NCBI GenBank assembly: GCA_965220745.1
Contig: CBDCQT010000012.1
Coordinates: forward strand, 224,001 to 288,000
Reading direction: 5' to 3'
DNA length: 64,000 nt
Source of the DNA: Alphaproteobacteria bacterium
Lineage (GTDB): Bacteria; Pseudomonadota; Alphaproteobacteria; UBA828
Part shown: in pieces, positions 56,487 through 64,000 of the stretch
Position numbering within the stretch: position 1 is the stretch's first letter
How the letters are laid out: every line of letters starts with the position of its first letter
Made by a program: the position numbers and the translations under genes
The notes under the pieces: model-generated
Seen by the model: only the letters and a program-made list of their open reading frames with translations
Databases searched by the model: none
What the model was told of the DNA's origin: nothing

Positions 56487-57461
56487 CTAGCGGTATTCGC
56501 CGGACCACTCTTCCGCGTATTGAACGTTGTCCTGAGTGACGATCGCGTTGCCCGCGTAGTAGGTGCTGGGCTGGATACCATAGAGCTTCCACAGGTGCGC
56601 CCACAGCACCGGCATGAAGCCCTGGATGTAGAACTGCTGATCCACGGTGCCGAAGGTCTTGCCCTCCTTGATCGCTCTGAGCACCCGCGTGTTGATATCG
56701 AACGTTCCGTTAGGAATGTTCTCAAGCCCCGCCTCTTCGATGGCCTGGGCGGCGATGCCACCGGGTGTTCCGCCGAGCGAGATGACGAAGTCGGTCTCCG
56801 GGTGGCCGATCAAGTACTGTGTCACCACCGGCAACGCGTTCTCGAACGAGGCCGTCGTTCCCAGGCGCTCAGTCGTCACTTCGAGGCCGGCTTCCGCGAC
56901 GGCGCGCAGCACGCCGTCATGCCGCAGCTGGGCATAAGCCGCCTCCGGATATTCGACCGGCATGAAGATGTGATCGCCGTTCTCCATGCCGTACTTCTTG
57001 ATCATGGCTTTACCCATGAGATAGCCGGCAAGCTCAAGGTCTTGGCCGACAAACGTCGGATGCATCGCTTCCGCGTTGGCCACCGGATCATTGATATTGT
57101 TGTTGATGAAGAGAATCCCGGCCTCGGTCATTTGACGGATGCTGTCGATGAACGCGTCCGAAACGAAAAGCGAGCCCGTAACGGCATCAACTTCGTTCGC
57201 GACCGCCGTCTGCATGATGCTGTTCTGCTTTTCGGGATCCGCGTCACCATACTGAATATCGACGTCGGCGCAGGTGTACTCAGCGGCTTCTTCGACTCCC
57301 TTGATCATCGGCGCCCATGCCGCGTTGGACGATTCCGTCCAAATGATATGGGTTACTCTGACTGGATCTTCGGGACAGTCTTTGGCGTCGGCGTAGGACG
57401 GAATTGCCGCGACAATCGCGAGCGCGATCCCTGCCCCCAACATGGTCTTGAAGATGTTCAT
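56487..57461 (-). CDS. Sugar ABC transporter substrate-binding protein
   Basis: Signal peptide MNIFKTMLGAGIALAIVAA, FVGQD, GTFD, TVDQQFYIQG. Confidence 0.9.
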   Translation of the reverse strand: MNIFKTMLGAGIALAIVAAIPSYADAKDCPEDPVRVTHIIWTESSNAAWAPMIKGVEEAAEYTCADVDIQYGDADPEKQNSIMQTAVANEVDAVTGSLFVSDAFIDSIRQMTEAGILFINNNINDPVANAEAMHPTFVGQDLELAGYLMGKAMIKKYGMENGDHIFMPVEYPEAAYAQLRHDGVLRAVAEAGLEVTTERLGTTASFENALPVVTQYLIGHPETDFVISLGGTPGGIAAQAIEEAGLENIPNGTFDINTRVLRAIKEGKTFGTVDQQFYIQGFMPVLWAHLWKLYGIQPSTYYAGNAIVTQDNVQYAEEWSGEYR

Positions 57462-57543
57462 TGCTTCCTCCCCTGTGCGCAGACCCAACTCGCGCTCCCA
57501 TTATTGTCGTTGGGCTCCGCGAGACGGCTGTCAATTCTGTGTT

Positions 57544-57558
57544 GCGCGCATATCGCAC
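57544..57558. promoter_or_regulatory. Putative IclR (PcaR/PobR-type) operator upstream of the transporter operon
   Basis: GCGCGCATATCGCAC matches the core of the 58592-58620 palindrome at 13/15 positions. Confidence 0.55.
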
Positions 57559-57677
57559 ATTCGAAGACATGCCGCACAATGCTACTGGCCAAGTCGAAGC
57601 GGTGTCAAGCACAGCAGGCCATGAGCGCGTGAGTCGCTTTCGCGTTCTGGCTACCCAAACACGCGGCGGCTAACGCA

Positions 57678-58481
57678 TTAGCGGCGCCGCAGGCCGCCGC
57701 TCGATTCAAGCATGCTGACTGTTTCGTCGATCCGCTCGGCCGCCCGCCGCAGCTTGGGAAGCATGCGCGACACGAGTTCGTCCAACGACATCCTGGATGT
57801 GTGGGAGGACAGGTTGATCGCGGCGATCACCTCGCCGGTCGAAACGTGTATCGGGACAGCGATCGAAATCAGGCCATCCTCCATTTCTTCGTCGGCGATC
57901 GCGTAGTCCTTGCTTCGCACCTGGCTCAGGGCCCGGCGCAACGCCTGTTTCGACGTGATGGTTTTCTTCGTTCGGCGAGGGAGAGTTTCTATCTCGAAGT
58001 AGCGCTCGAGCTCCGGTTCCGGCAACGCGGCCAGAAGAACCTTCCCCAACGATGCGGCGTAAGCCGGCAGCCGCTCTCCCGGCGAAACGTGGGTCGAAAT
58101 GATCCGGCGCGTCGAATCCCGTATGACATAGAGAATGTCGGTGCCGTCGAGCACGGCGACGGCGCAGGGTTCGTTGACCTCCTGGGCAAGCGCACGCACG
58201 TCGTCCGCGATCACGGACCAAATCGATTGGGACGAGAAGAACGCGAAACCCAGCCTCAGGACCTTTGGCGTGAGGCGCCAATAGTGGGTCGTCACCTCCT
58301 CCACATAGCCCAGTTCCCGGAGCGTCAGGAGGATACGTCGCGCCGCAGCCCGGCTGATCCCCGCAATCTCTGCGACCTGTGTGGTGGTGGCGTGCGGCCG
58401 CTCGACGTTGAAGGCTTGCAGGACCTCCAGGCCGCGGGCAAGGGTTTGGGCGAAATCGCGTTTCTGAATACTCGTGCTCAC
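57678..58481 (-). CDS. IclR family transcriptional regulator (PcaR/PobR-like)
   Basis: FAQTLARGLEVLQAF, SRAAARRILLTL, GERLPAYAASLGKVLLA, SIAVPI. GTG start near 58481. Confidence 0.92.
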   Translation of the reverse strand: MSTSIQKRDFAQTLARGLEVLQAFNVERPHATTTQVAEIAGISRAAARRILLTLRELGYVEEVTTHYWRLTPKVLRLGFAFFSSQSIWSVIADDVRALAQEVNEPCAVAVLDGTDILYVIRDSTRRIISTHVSPGERLPAYAASLGKVLLAALPEPELERYFEIETLPRRTKKTITSKQALRRALSQVRSKDYAIADEEMEDGLISIAVPIHVSTGEVIAAINLSSHTSRMSLDELVSRMLPKLRRAAERIDETVSMLESSGGLRRR

Positions 58482-58577
58482 AGCAGCACCGTATCGCCTG
58501 TGCGTCTGCGCGGGCTCGCGCCGCTCGGCGCCGTTGGGCGGGGTCGGGTTGACGTGTTGCGCACCGTAAGCCAGACT

Positions 58578-58620
58578 GCGTGCGATATAACTCCAAGCGT
58601 GCGAATATCGCACGCTTGGA
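58578..58620. promoter_or_regulatory. IclR operator: perfect palindrome plus an extra half-site
   Basis: TCCAAGCGTGCGA-ATA-TCGCACGCTTGGA (58592-58620) and GCGTGCGA direct repeat at 58578, in the divergent promoter region. Confidence 0.75.
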
Positions 58621-58734
58621 GGGCCCCGATCAAGTCCCAGTGCGTGAACTGCAGGCGTCCCGCTGCTCGACTAAATACGCGGGACGCGGCCCGTTACACC
58701 GCTTGGGCCCAGGCTCGACATAGGAACGAGCGAC

Positions 58735-59808
58735 ATGCCGGTCGTCATTGCAGCCGCCTGCTTGCAAACGTTTCTCGAGCGTGTGTTCGAGCGAGCGGGC
58801 TGTAGTACGAATGAAGCGACGACGGTCGCGCGGCACTTCGTCCTATCCGACATGAGCGGACATTCATCCCACGGCACCATCCGGCTTCGGGTTTACCTGG
58901 AAAGACTGCGCGACCGCGAGATTATCCCCGGCAACCGGGGCGAGCCTGTGATCGACACCGAGACCCTGCTCGTCCTCGATGGGCACCTGGGATTCGGCCA
59001 GGTCGTCGCCGAACACGGGATCGCGCGGGGGGTCGAGAAGGCACGGCAGTGTGGGGTGGCGCTGATCGCAATGCGCAACATGTCGCATTGCGGGCGACTG
59101 GGACACTACGCCGAGCTCGCGGCGGACGCTGGTCAGGCATCGATCCATTTCGTCAATACCGGCGGGTATGGACTATGGGTCGCGCCATTCGGCGGTACGG
59201 ATCGGAGGCTCTCGACCAACCCGGTTTGCATCGGCATACCGCGCGAGAACGCACCGCCTGTCATATGGGATGCTGCGACATCGGTCATCGCGGTTGGCAA
59301 GATTTGGGTCGCCGCCAACAAGGGCGTTGATCTCCCGCCCGGCTGTCTGCTCGACAGGGATGGCGCACCGACCACCGATCCCAATGCGCTGCTGGCGGGC
59401 GGTGCGGTGGTGCCTTTCGGCGGCTACAAGGGCTACGGTCTGGCGATCGTTACGGATCTCCTAGCGGGCGCCCTCATCGGTGGCGCGTGCTCCAAGCCGG
59501 GCGTCGACGTGTTGGTGAACAATCAGCTGAGCATCCTAATGGATCCGGAATCGATCGGCGATGCCGGTGCCGTCGAGGCGGAGGCGCGGCGCTTCATTGA
59601 TTGGGTCAAGGCTTCGCCACCGGTGGAGAGCGACGAGGTCCTGGTGCCCGGCGAGGTGGAAGCTCGAAGCCGGCGGCAAGCCTCTGAGGCCGGGCTCTCC
59701 TTCGACGATACGACCTGGGCCCAGTGCATCGACGCCGCCAAGAGTGTTGGCATGAGCGCGGTCGAGATCGAGGCGCTCACGGCCACTCCGGCTGCGACGG
59801 GCGGATGA
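58735..59808 (+). CDS. Malate/L-lactate/ureidoglycolate dehydrogenase (Ldh_2 family, YbiC/HcxB-like)
   Basis: GHSSHG, DGHLGFGQ, SHCGRLG, LSTNP, FGGYKGYGL, VLVPGE. Confidence 0.9.
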   Translation: MPVVIAAACLQTFLERVFERAGCSTNEATTVARHFVLSDMSGHSSHGTIRLRVYLERLRDREIIPGNRGEPVIDTETLLVLDGHLGFGQVVAEHGIARGVEKARQCGVALIAMRNMSHCGRLGHYAELAADAGQASIHFVNTGGYGLWVAPFGGTDRRLSTNPVCIGIPRENAPPVIWDAATSVIAVGKIWVAANKGVDLPPGCLLDRDGAPTTDPNALLAGGAVVPFGGYKGYGLAIVTDLLAGALIGGACSKPGVDVLVNNQLSILMDPESIGDAGAVEAEARRFIDWVKASPPVESDEVLVPGEVEARSRRQASEAGLSFDDTTWAQCIDAAKSVGMSAVEIEALTATPAATGG

Positions 59809-60716
59809 GCGGGACTGCCTGGCCGGTCGGTGCGGTACGCGCGATCGTCGGCGAGAGCCCAGTCTGGTCCGAGGCCGATCGCTGCATCTATTGGGTCGAC
59901 ATATTTGGCGGCCTTGTCCACCGCTACGAGACGGACTCAGGCTCCAATCGCCATTGGCGGATGCCCGAGCAGGTCGGCAACCTCGTGCTCGTCGATGGCG
60001 GTGGTTTGCTTGTCGCGCTGGAAGGAGGGCTGCATCACTTCGTGCCCGAGACAGGCGCGCTGAGTACCCTCTGCGACATCAAGGCGGACATCGTGGGCCA
60101 GCGCTTCAATGACGGTACCTGCGATCCGCGCGGCCGGCTGTGGATCGGTTCGATGGCGATGGAGGAGCCGGTTCGGGACGCGGTGGGGGCCCTGTTCCGC
60201 TTCTCCGCAGACGGCACGATCGCCCGCGTGCTGGATGGACTTCTCGTTCCGAACGGAATGGCCTTCTGCCCCGATGGAGGGACGTTCTACGTCTCGGACT
60301 CCCACCCGTCCGTGCAAACGATCTGGGCCTTCGACTACGATCTGGACGATGGCGCACTATCGAATCGGCGGGTCTTCGCGACCACTCACGATCTCCCCGG
60401 GCGCCCCGACGGCGGCACGGTGGACGCGGACGGATTCTACTGGTCGGCCAATGTGGGCGGGGGCTGCCTCGTGCGCTTCGACCCCGAGGGGCAAATCGAT
60501 CGGACAATCGAGGTCCCGACGGAAAAGCCCTCAAAGGTCGCATTCGGCGGGCCATCGCTGGACGTGATGTACATGACGTCGATCAATCACAGGCTTCAGA
60601 ACCGCGATGAGCGGGGGTTGGCTGGCAGCCTCTTTCGCCTCGACAAAGGAATCAGGGGCTTGCCGCCCAACCGTTTCGGCCCGCTCGAACAATCATCAAT
60701 CGGTCAAGGAACATGA
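59805..60716 (+). CDS. SMP-30/gluconolactonase family lactonase
   Basis: GESPVW, RFNDG, PNGMAF, GRPDG, AFGG. ATGA overlap at 59805. Confidence 0.92.
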   Translation: MSGTAWPVGAVRAIVGESPVWSEADRCIYWVDIFGGLVHRYETDSGSNRHWRMPEQVGNLVLVDGGGLLVALEGGLHHFVPETGALSTLCDIKADIVGQRFNDGTCDPRGRLWIGSMAMEEPVRDAVGALFRFSADGTIARVLDGLLVPNGMAFCPDGGTFYVSDSHPSVQTIWAFDYDLDDGALSNRRVFATTHDLPGRPDGGTVDADGFYWSANVGGGCLVRFDPEGQIDRTIEVPTEKPSKVAFGGPSLDVMYMTSINHRLQNRDERGLAGSLFRLDKGIRGLPPNRFGPLEQSSIGQGT

Positions 60717-61483
60717 GAACAAATCGCCTCAAGACACTGTGGAGAGAGGGTCGGCCGGCCGTGAGTGGCTGGCTCTCCATCTCTGCGCCGTTTTCGGCAG
60801 AGATCATGGCGCACCAGGGGTGGGATGCGCTCACCGTCGATCTTCAACACGGCCTGATCGACTATCAGACCGCCGTCGACATGCTGACAGCGATTTCGAC
60901 CACCGAGACCGTGCCGCTCGCCCGCGTCCCGTGGCTGGAGTTCGGCCTGATCATGAAGCTGCTCGACGCCGGCGCCTACGGCATCATCTGCCCGATGGTG
61001 AACACCCGGGAAGACGCGGAGAACCTGGTCCGCGCGGGGCGCTATCCGCCGGCCGGCACAAGGAGCTTCGGGCCGATCAGGGCCGCGATCTACGGCGGCG
61101 CCGACTATGTCGAGAACGCCAACGACGAGATCGTCCTGATGGCCATGATTGAGACCGAGGAGGCGCTCGACAATGTTAAGGAGATCGCGGCCGTTCCCGG
61201 TCTCGACGGTCTCTTCATCGGCCCGAACGACCTTGCAAAGTCGCTCGGCCGAACGCCGCGCCTCGACACAGACGACCCGGTGGTCGCGCCGGCGATTGCG
61301 CACATCATCGAGACTGCGAGAGCGGCCGACATCGCGTGCGGCATTTTCACGGGCATGCCGGACTATGCCGCGCAAATTGTTCGGCAAGGGGCCCGCTTCG
61401 TCGCGATTTCATCCGACGCACGGTTGCTCGCCGCCTCGGCGGCTGATGCGGTGGCACGCTTTCGTGAAGTGAGCGGTACGTAG
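60713..61483 (+). CDS. HpcH/HpaI-family class II aldolase
   Basis: VDLQHG, LDAGAYG, RSFGP, MIET, FIGPNDL. Confidence 0.92.
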   Translation: MRTNRLKTLWREGRPAVSGWLSISAPFSAEIMAHQGWDALTVDLQHGLIDYQTAVDMLTAISTTETVPLARVPWLEFGLIMKLLDAGAYGIICPMVNTREDAENLVRAGRYPPAGTRSFGPIRAAIYGGADYVENANDEIVLMAMIETEEALDNVKEIAAVPGLDGLFIGPNDLAKSLGRTPRLDTDDPVVAPAIAHIIETARAADIACGIFTGMPDYAAQIVRQGARFVAISSDARLLAASAADAVARFREVSGT

Positions 61484-61588
61484 GCGGCTTGTCCGGCCCC
61501 TTCGCGGTGCCCGCCACCGCCGCCGGCGTGACACGGCAGGCGTTCCATATAGACTTCGCCGCGCAACGACGCAGCGGGAAGGACGGCG

Positions 61589-61863
61589 ATGAAGGCAGTC
61601 TATTTCGAGCAGCATGGCGGACCCGAGGTCATCCGCTACGGCGACCTGCCGGACCCGGAGGCCGGGCCGGGCGAGATCGTCGTCGACGTCCACGCCGCCA
61701 GCGTCAACGGCGCGGACTGCAAGGTGCTGTCAGGTCGCTACAGCCGGATCACCGACTTCCCCTATGTGCTCGGGCGCGACTTTTCGGGCGTGGTCGCATC
61801 GCTCGGAGGCGGCGTCGACGAGTTCGCGCCCGGCGATCCGGTATTCGGCGTCCGCGAAGTGGG
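61589..61863 (+). pseudogene. NADPH:quinone oxidoreductase (MDR) N-terminal fragment, cut at a MITE
   Basis: HGGPEVI, AASVN, LGRDFSGVV, GDPVFG, then similarity is lost at the MITE IR. Confidence 0.85.
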
Positions 61864-62034
61864 CTGGAGCAATATCCGACCTGAGTGAATCTTATTAGTT
61901 TCCAAAGACTTAATGCCCCACGGTCAGATGAACGCGGTTTGTGCCGAAAGCTTGGTTAATGCGCCTGTAATGATTGTCAAGCTGCTTCGCCTTCAAAGTA
62001 GGCTGTGATCCAGGCAGATCGGATATTGCTCTAG
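61864..62034. mobile_element. 171-bp MITE-like element with 20-bp terminal inverted repeats
   Basis: CTGGAGCAATATCCGACCTG versus reverse complement CTAGAGCAATATCCGATCTG (18/20). AT-richer interior. Confidence 0.7.
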
Positions 62035-62601
62035 CTGTTTATCGCGCCTGCAGATGGTCTGGAACGGTCTCTAAGTTTCTTTCTTGAAGCACCTATAAGG
62101 TACCTGCTGATGGGCACCGCGTGGTGGTGTCCTCAGATGTTGTGCAATCGGCCGCCGCGGGAAGGGGCAGTGGTGCGAGCGCCGCCGCCCGTTTCACTCC
62201 GCTCTCATTTGATCGCAGCGGCTGCCCATCGGGCGTGCGCCGACCATATCATACCCGATACGGATATTCGCAGTTTGGCGCGTCACGGGCCGGACATCGC
62301 ATCTGCAGGCTTGCACGTCCCAAGTCGCATGCCTTTCGTGGTGTTCGCTGAGCGAGTTAAAGTAAAGAGAATCCGAATTCCAGGATTCAAGACAGAATAG
62401 TCGTAGGAGTCTTCGGGTCATCGGTCTTCATCGGGAAGAATTTGACGTCTTTCATTGTATCATTGTATGAGTTCATAACGTATTGGACAATTGAACGCGG
62501 AAGATGGGCCAAAATTCATTGCCGATTGTTGCGACGATACAACTATTCATCCAGCTGGTACACATGGCTACTGTATGCTCTAACTTGCAATTCATAACAT
62601 T

Positions 62602-63495
62602 GCCATCACGCCGGCGTCGAGCCACCGTGCGCGGGCGTCCCTGTCGGAGTGGCTGGAGTTGCGCGGGATGACGGGTATCGCCGGCGTCGACACGCGTGAG
62701 ATCACCCGTCTTCTGCGCGAGAAGGGAGCGCAGAACTGCGTGGTCGCCTACGACAGCAGCGGTGTCTTCGATATGGATGCCCTGCTCGCTGCTGCTGCCC
62801 GTGAGACCGGCCCTCTCGGGCAGGACATGGCCTGCGGCGCGACGGTCACGGAGAGTTTCGACATACCGGGCGCCGGAACCGGCGACACGGCACCGAACCC
62901 GCGCGTGGTCGTGGTGGACTACGGGGTCAAGGGCAACATCGTCGCCAGCCTTGTTCGCAGGGGGATCGACGTCACGGTCGTGCCGGCGGACTCCTCCTCA
63001 AAGGATATTCTGGCGCACGATCCCGACGGTATTCTGCTGTCCAACGGTCCCGGCGATCCGATGGCCGTGGCGCCCTATACCGTTCCCATGATCGAGACCC
63101 TGCTCGAGCGGAAGCTGCCGTTCTTCGGCATCTGCCTGGGGCATCAGCTCCTGGCCCTGGCGCTCGGCGGAAGGGTGACCAAGATGCATTTCGGCCATCA
63201 CGGCGCCAATCACCCTGTTCTGGAGACCGCCAGCGGCCGCGTGGCGATCACCAGCCAGAATCACGGTTTCGTCGTTGATCGCGAGAGCTTGCCGGAGAAG
63301 GCGTGGGTCACGCACGTGTCGCTGTTCGACGGATCGCTGGCGGGTTTCGAAACCGTCGATCGGCAGATTATGTCCGTGCAGTACCATCCCGAGGCGTCGC
63401 CGGGCCCCCATGACGCGGAGCCGCTCTTCGATCGCTTCGCCGCTCGTGTGAAGAACCACCGCGCCGCCGCGCGACGGGCTCCACTTGCCGCTTGA
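62602..63495 (+). pseudogene. carA: Carbamoyl-phosphate synthase small subunit, 5'-truncated
   Basis: GIAGVDTR, DYGVK, SNGPGDP, GICLGHQ, GHHGANHPV, TSQNHGF, QYHPE. In-frame TAA at 62581 and the usual N-terminal region is missing. Confidence 0.85.
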
Positions 63496-63644
63496 TCGCG
63501 TGCCAGATTCTATCCGTCAAGATCGCACATGCCGAACAACGGACAGGCGACTAAAGGCAGCCATGCATCGAATTCGCCACGCGAGATTTGGAACGGCGGT
63601 CCCGACTCTCCTTGTGCTGGTGGGCGATGACGGGGGAGGCAGCC

Positions 63645-64000
63645 GTGGATAACCTGGAAAGACTCGATTCTCTTCTTCGAGAATTCGACGAGTTGAGCCG
63701 GCATTCCGTTGGCTATCCCTGCAATCTGGATTTCGACTACGCGGCGCTGCTGCCCTTTATGCAGTACGCTCTCAACAACGTCGGCGACCCCTTCCACGAC
63801 AGCAACTTCCAGAGCAACACACACGAGATCGAGCGCGAGGTCATCGGCATCTTCGCTGATTTGATGCACATTTCGCGCGAACAGGTGTGGGGCTATGTCA
63901 CCTCGGGCGGCACCGAGGGCAACATGTACGGCCTCTATCTCGGGCGGGAACTCCATCCCGACGGCGTGGTCTATTTCTCCCAGGATACCCACTACAGCGT
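63645..64000 (+). CDS. hdc: PLP-dependent group II decarboxylase, histidine decarboxylase-like (3' end runs off the window)
   Basis: Manual translation from GTG 63645 (RBS GGAGG): VGYPCNLDFDY, NNVGDP, WGYVTSGGTEGNMYGLYLGRE, DTHYS. Not in the ORF track. Confidence 0.85.
   Translation, partial: MDNLERLDSLLREFDELSRHSVGYPCNLDFDYAALLPFMQYALNNVGDPFHDSNFQSNTHEIEREVIGIFADLMHISREQVWGYVTSGGTEGNMYGLYLGRELHPDGVVYFSQDTHYS

Noticed and set aside
63510-63992. 160-aa minus-strand ORF
   Set aside because: Antisense shadow of the decarboxylase gene on the + strand.

Overview
High-GC bacterial DNA; gene content and repeat style suggest an alphaproteobacterium (inference). The window is a mosaic of catabolic operons and decayed mobile DNA. 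(1) 1-6.2 kb: sugar ABC transporter facing an eroded isomerase/ribokinase pair. (2) 6.2-11.9 kb: MOBF relaxase with an integrase remnant, a candidate oriT and nested IS/MITE ends. (3) 12-17.6 kb: NitT/TauT-type ABC transporter plus dihydropyrimidinase. (4) 18-40.8 kb: an intact catabolic cluster, the main candidate for an undescribed system. It encodes a PPDK-like protein lacking the pyruvate-binding barrel, a second stand-alone phospho-His protein, two proteins of unknown function, a three-subunit biotin carboxylase with altered metal ligands, two acetoacetate-decarboxylase-family proteins, SurE, a CoA ligase, a thiolase, dehydrogenases and a LIV-type transporter. (5) 41.5-44.3 kb: MukB-like C-terminus coupled to a JetD-like Toprim gene, with an IS3 insertion. 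(6) 45.8-52.8 kb: second MOBF relaxase module with three tandem RHH genes. (7) 52.9-61.9 kb: IclR-regulated sugar-derivative pathway with an Fe/2OG dioxygenase. (8) Truncated carA, then a PLP histidine-decarboxylase-like gene running off the end. I found no rRNA, tRNA or CRISPR array. All family calls come from reading motifs by eye; no database searches were run.
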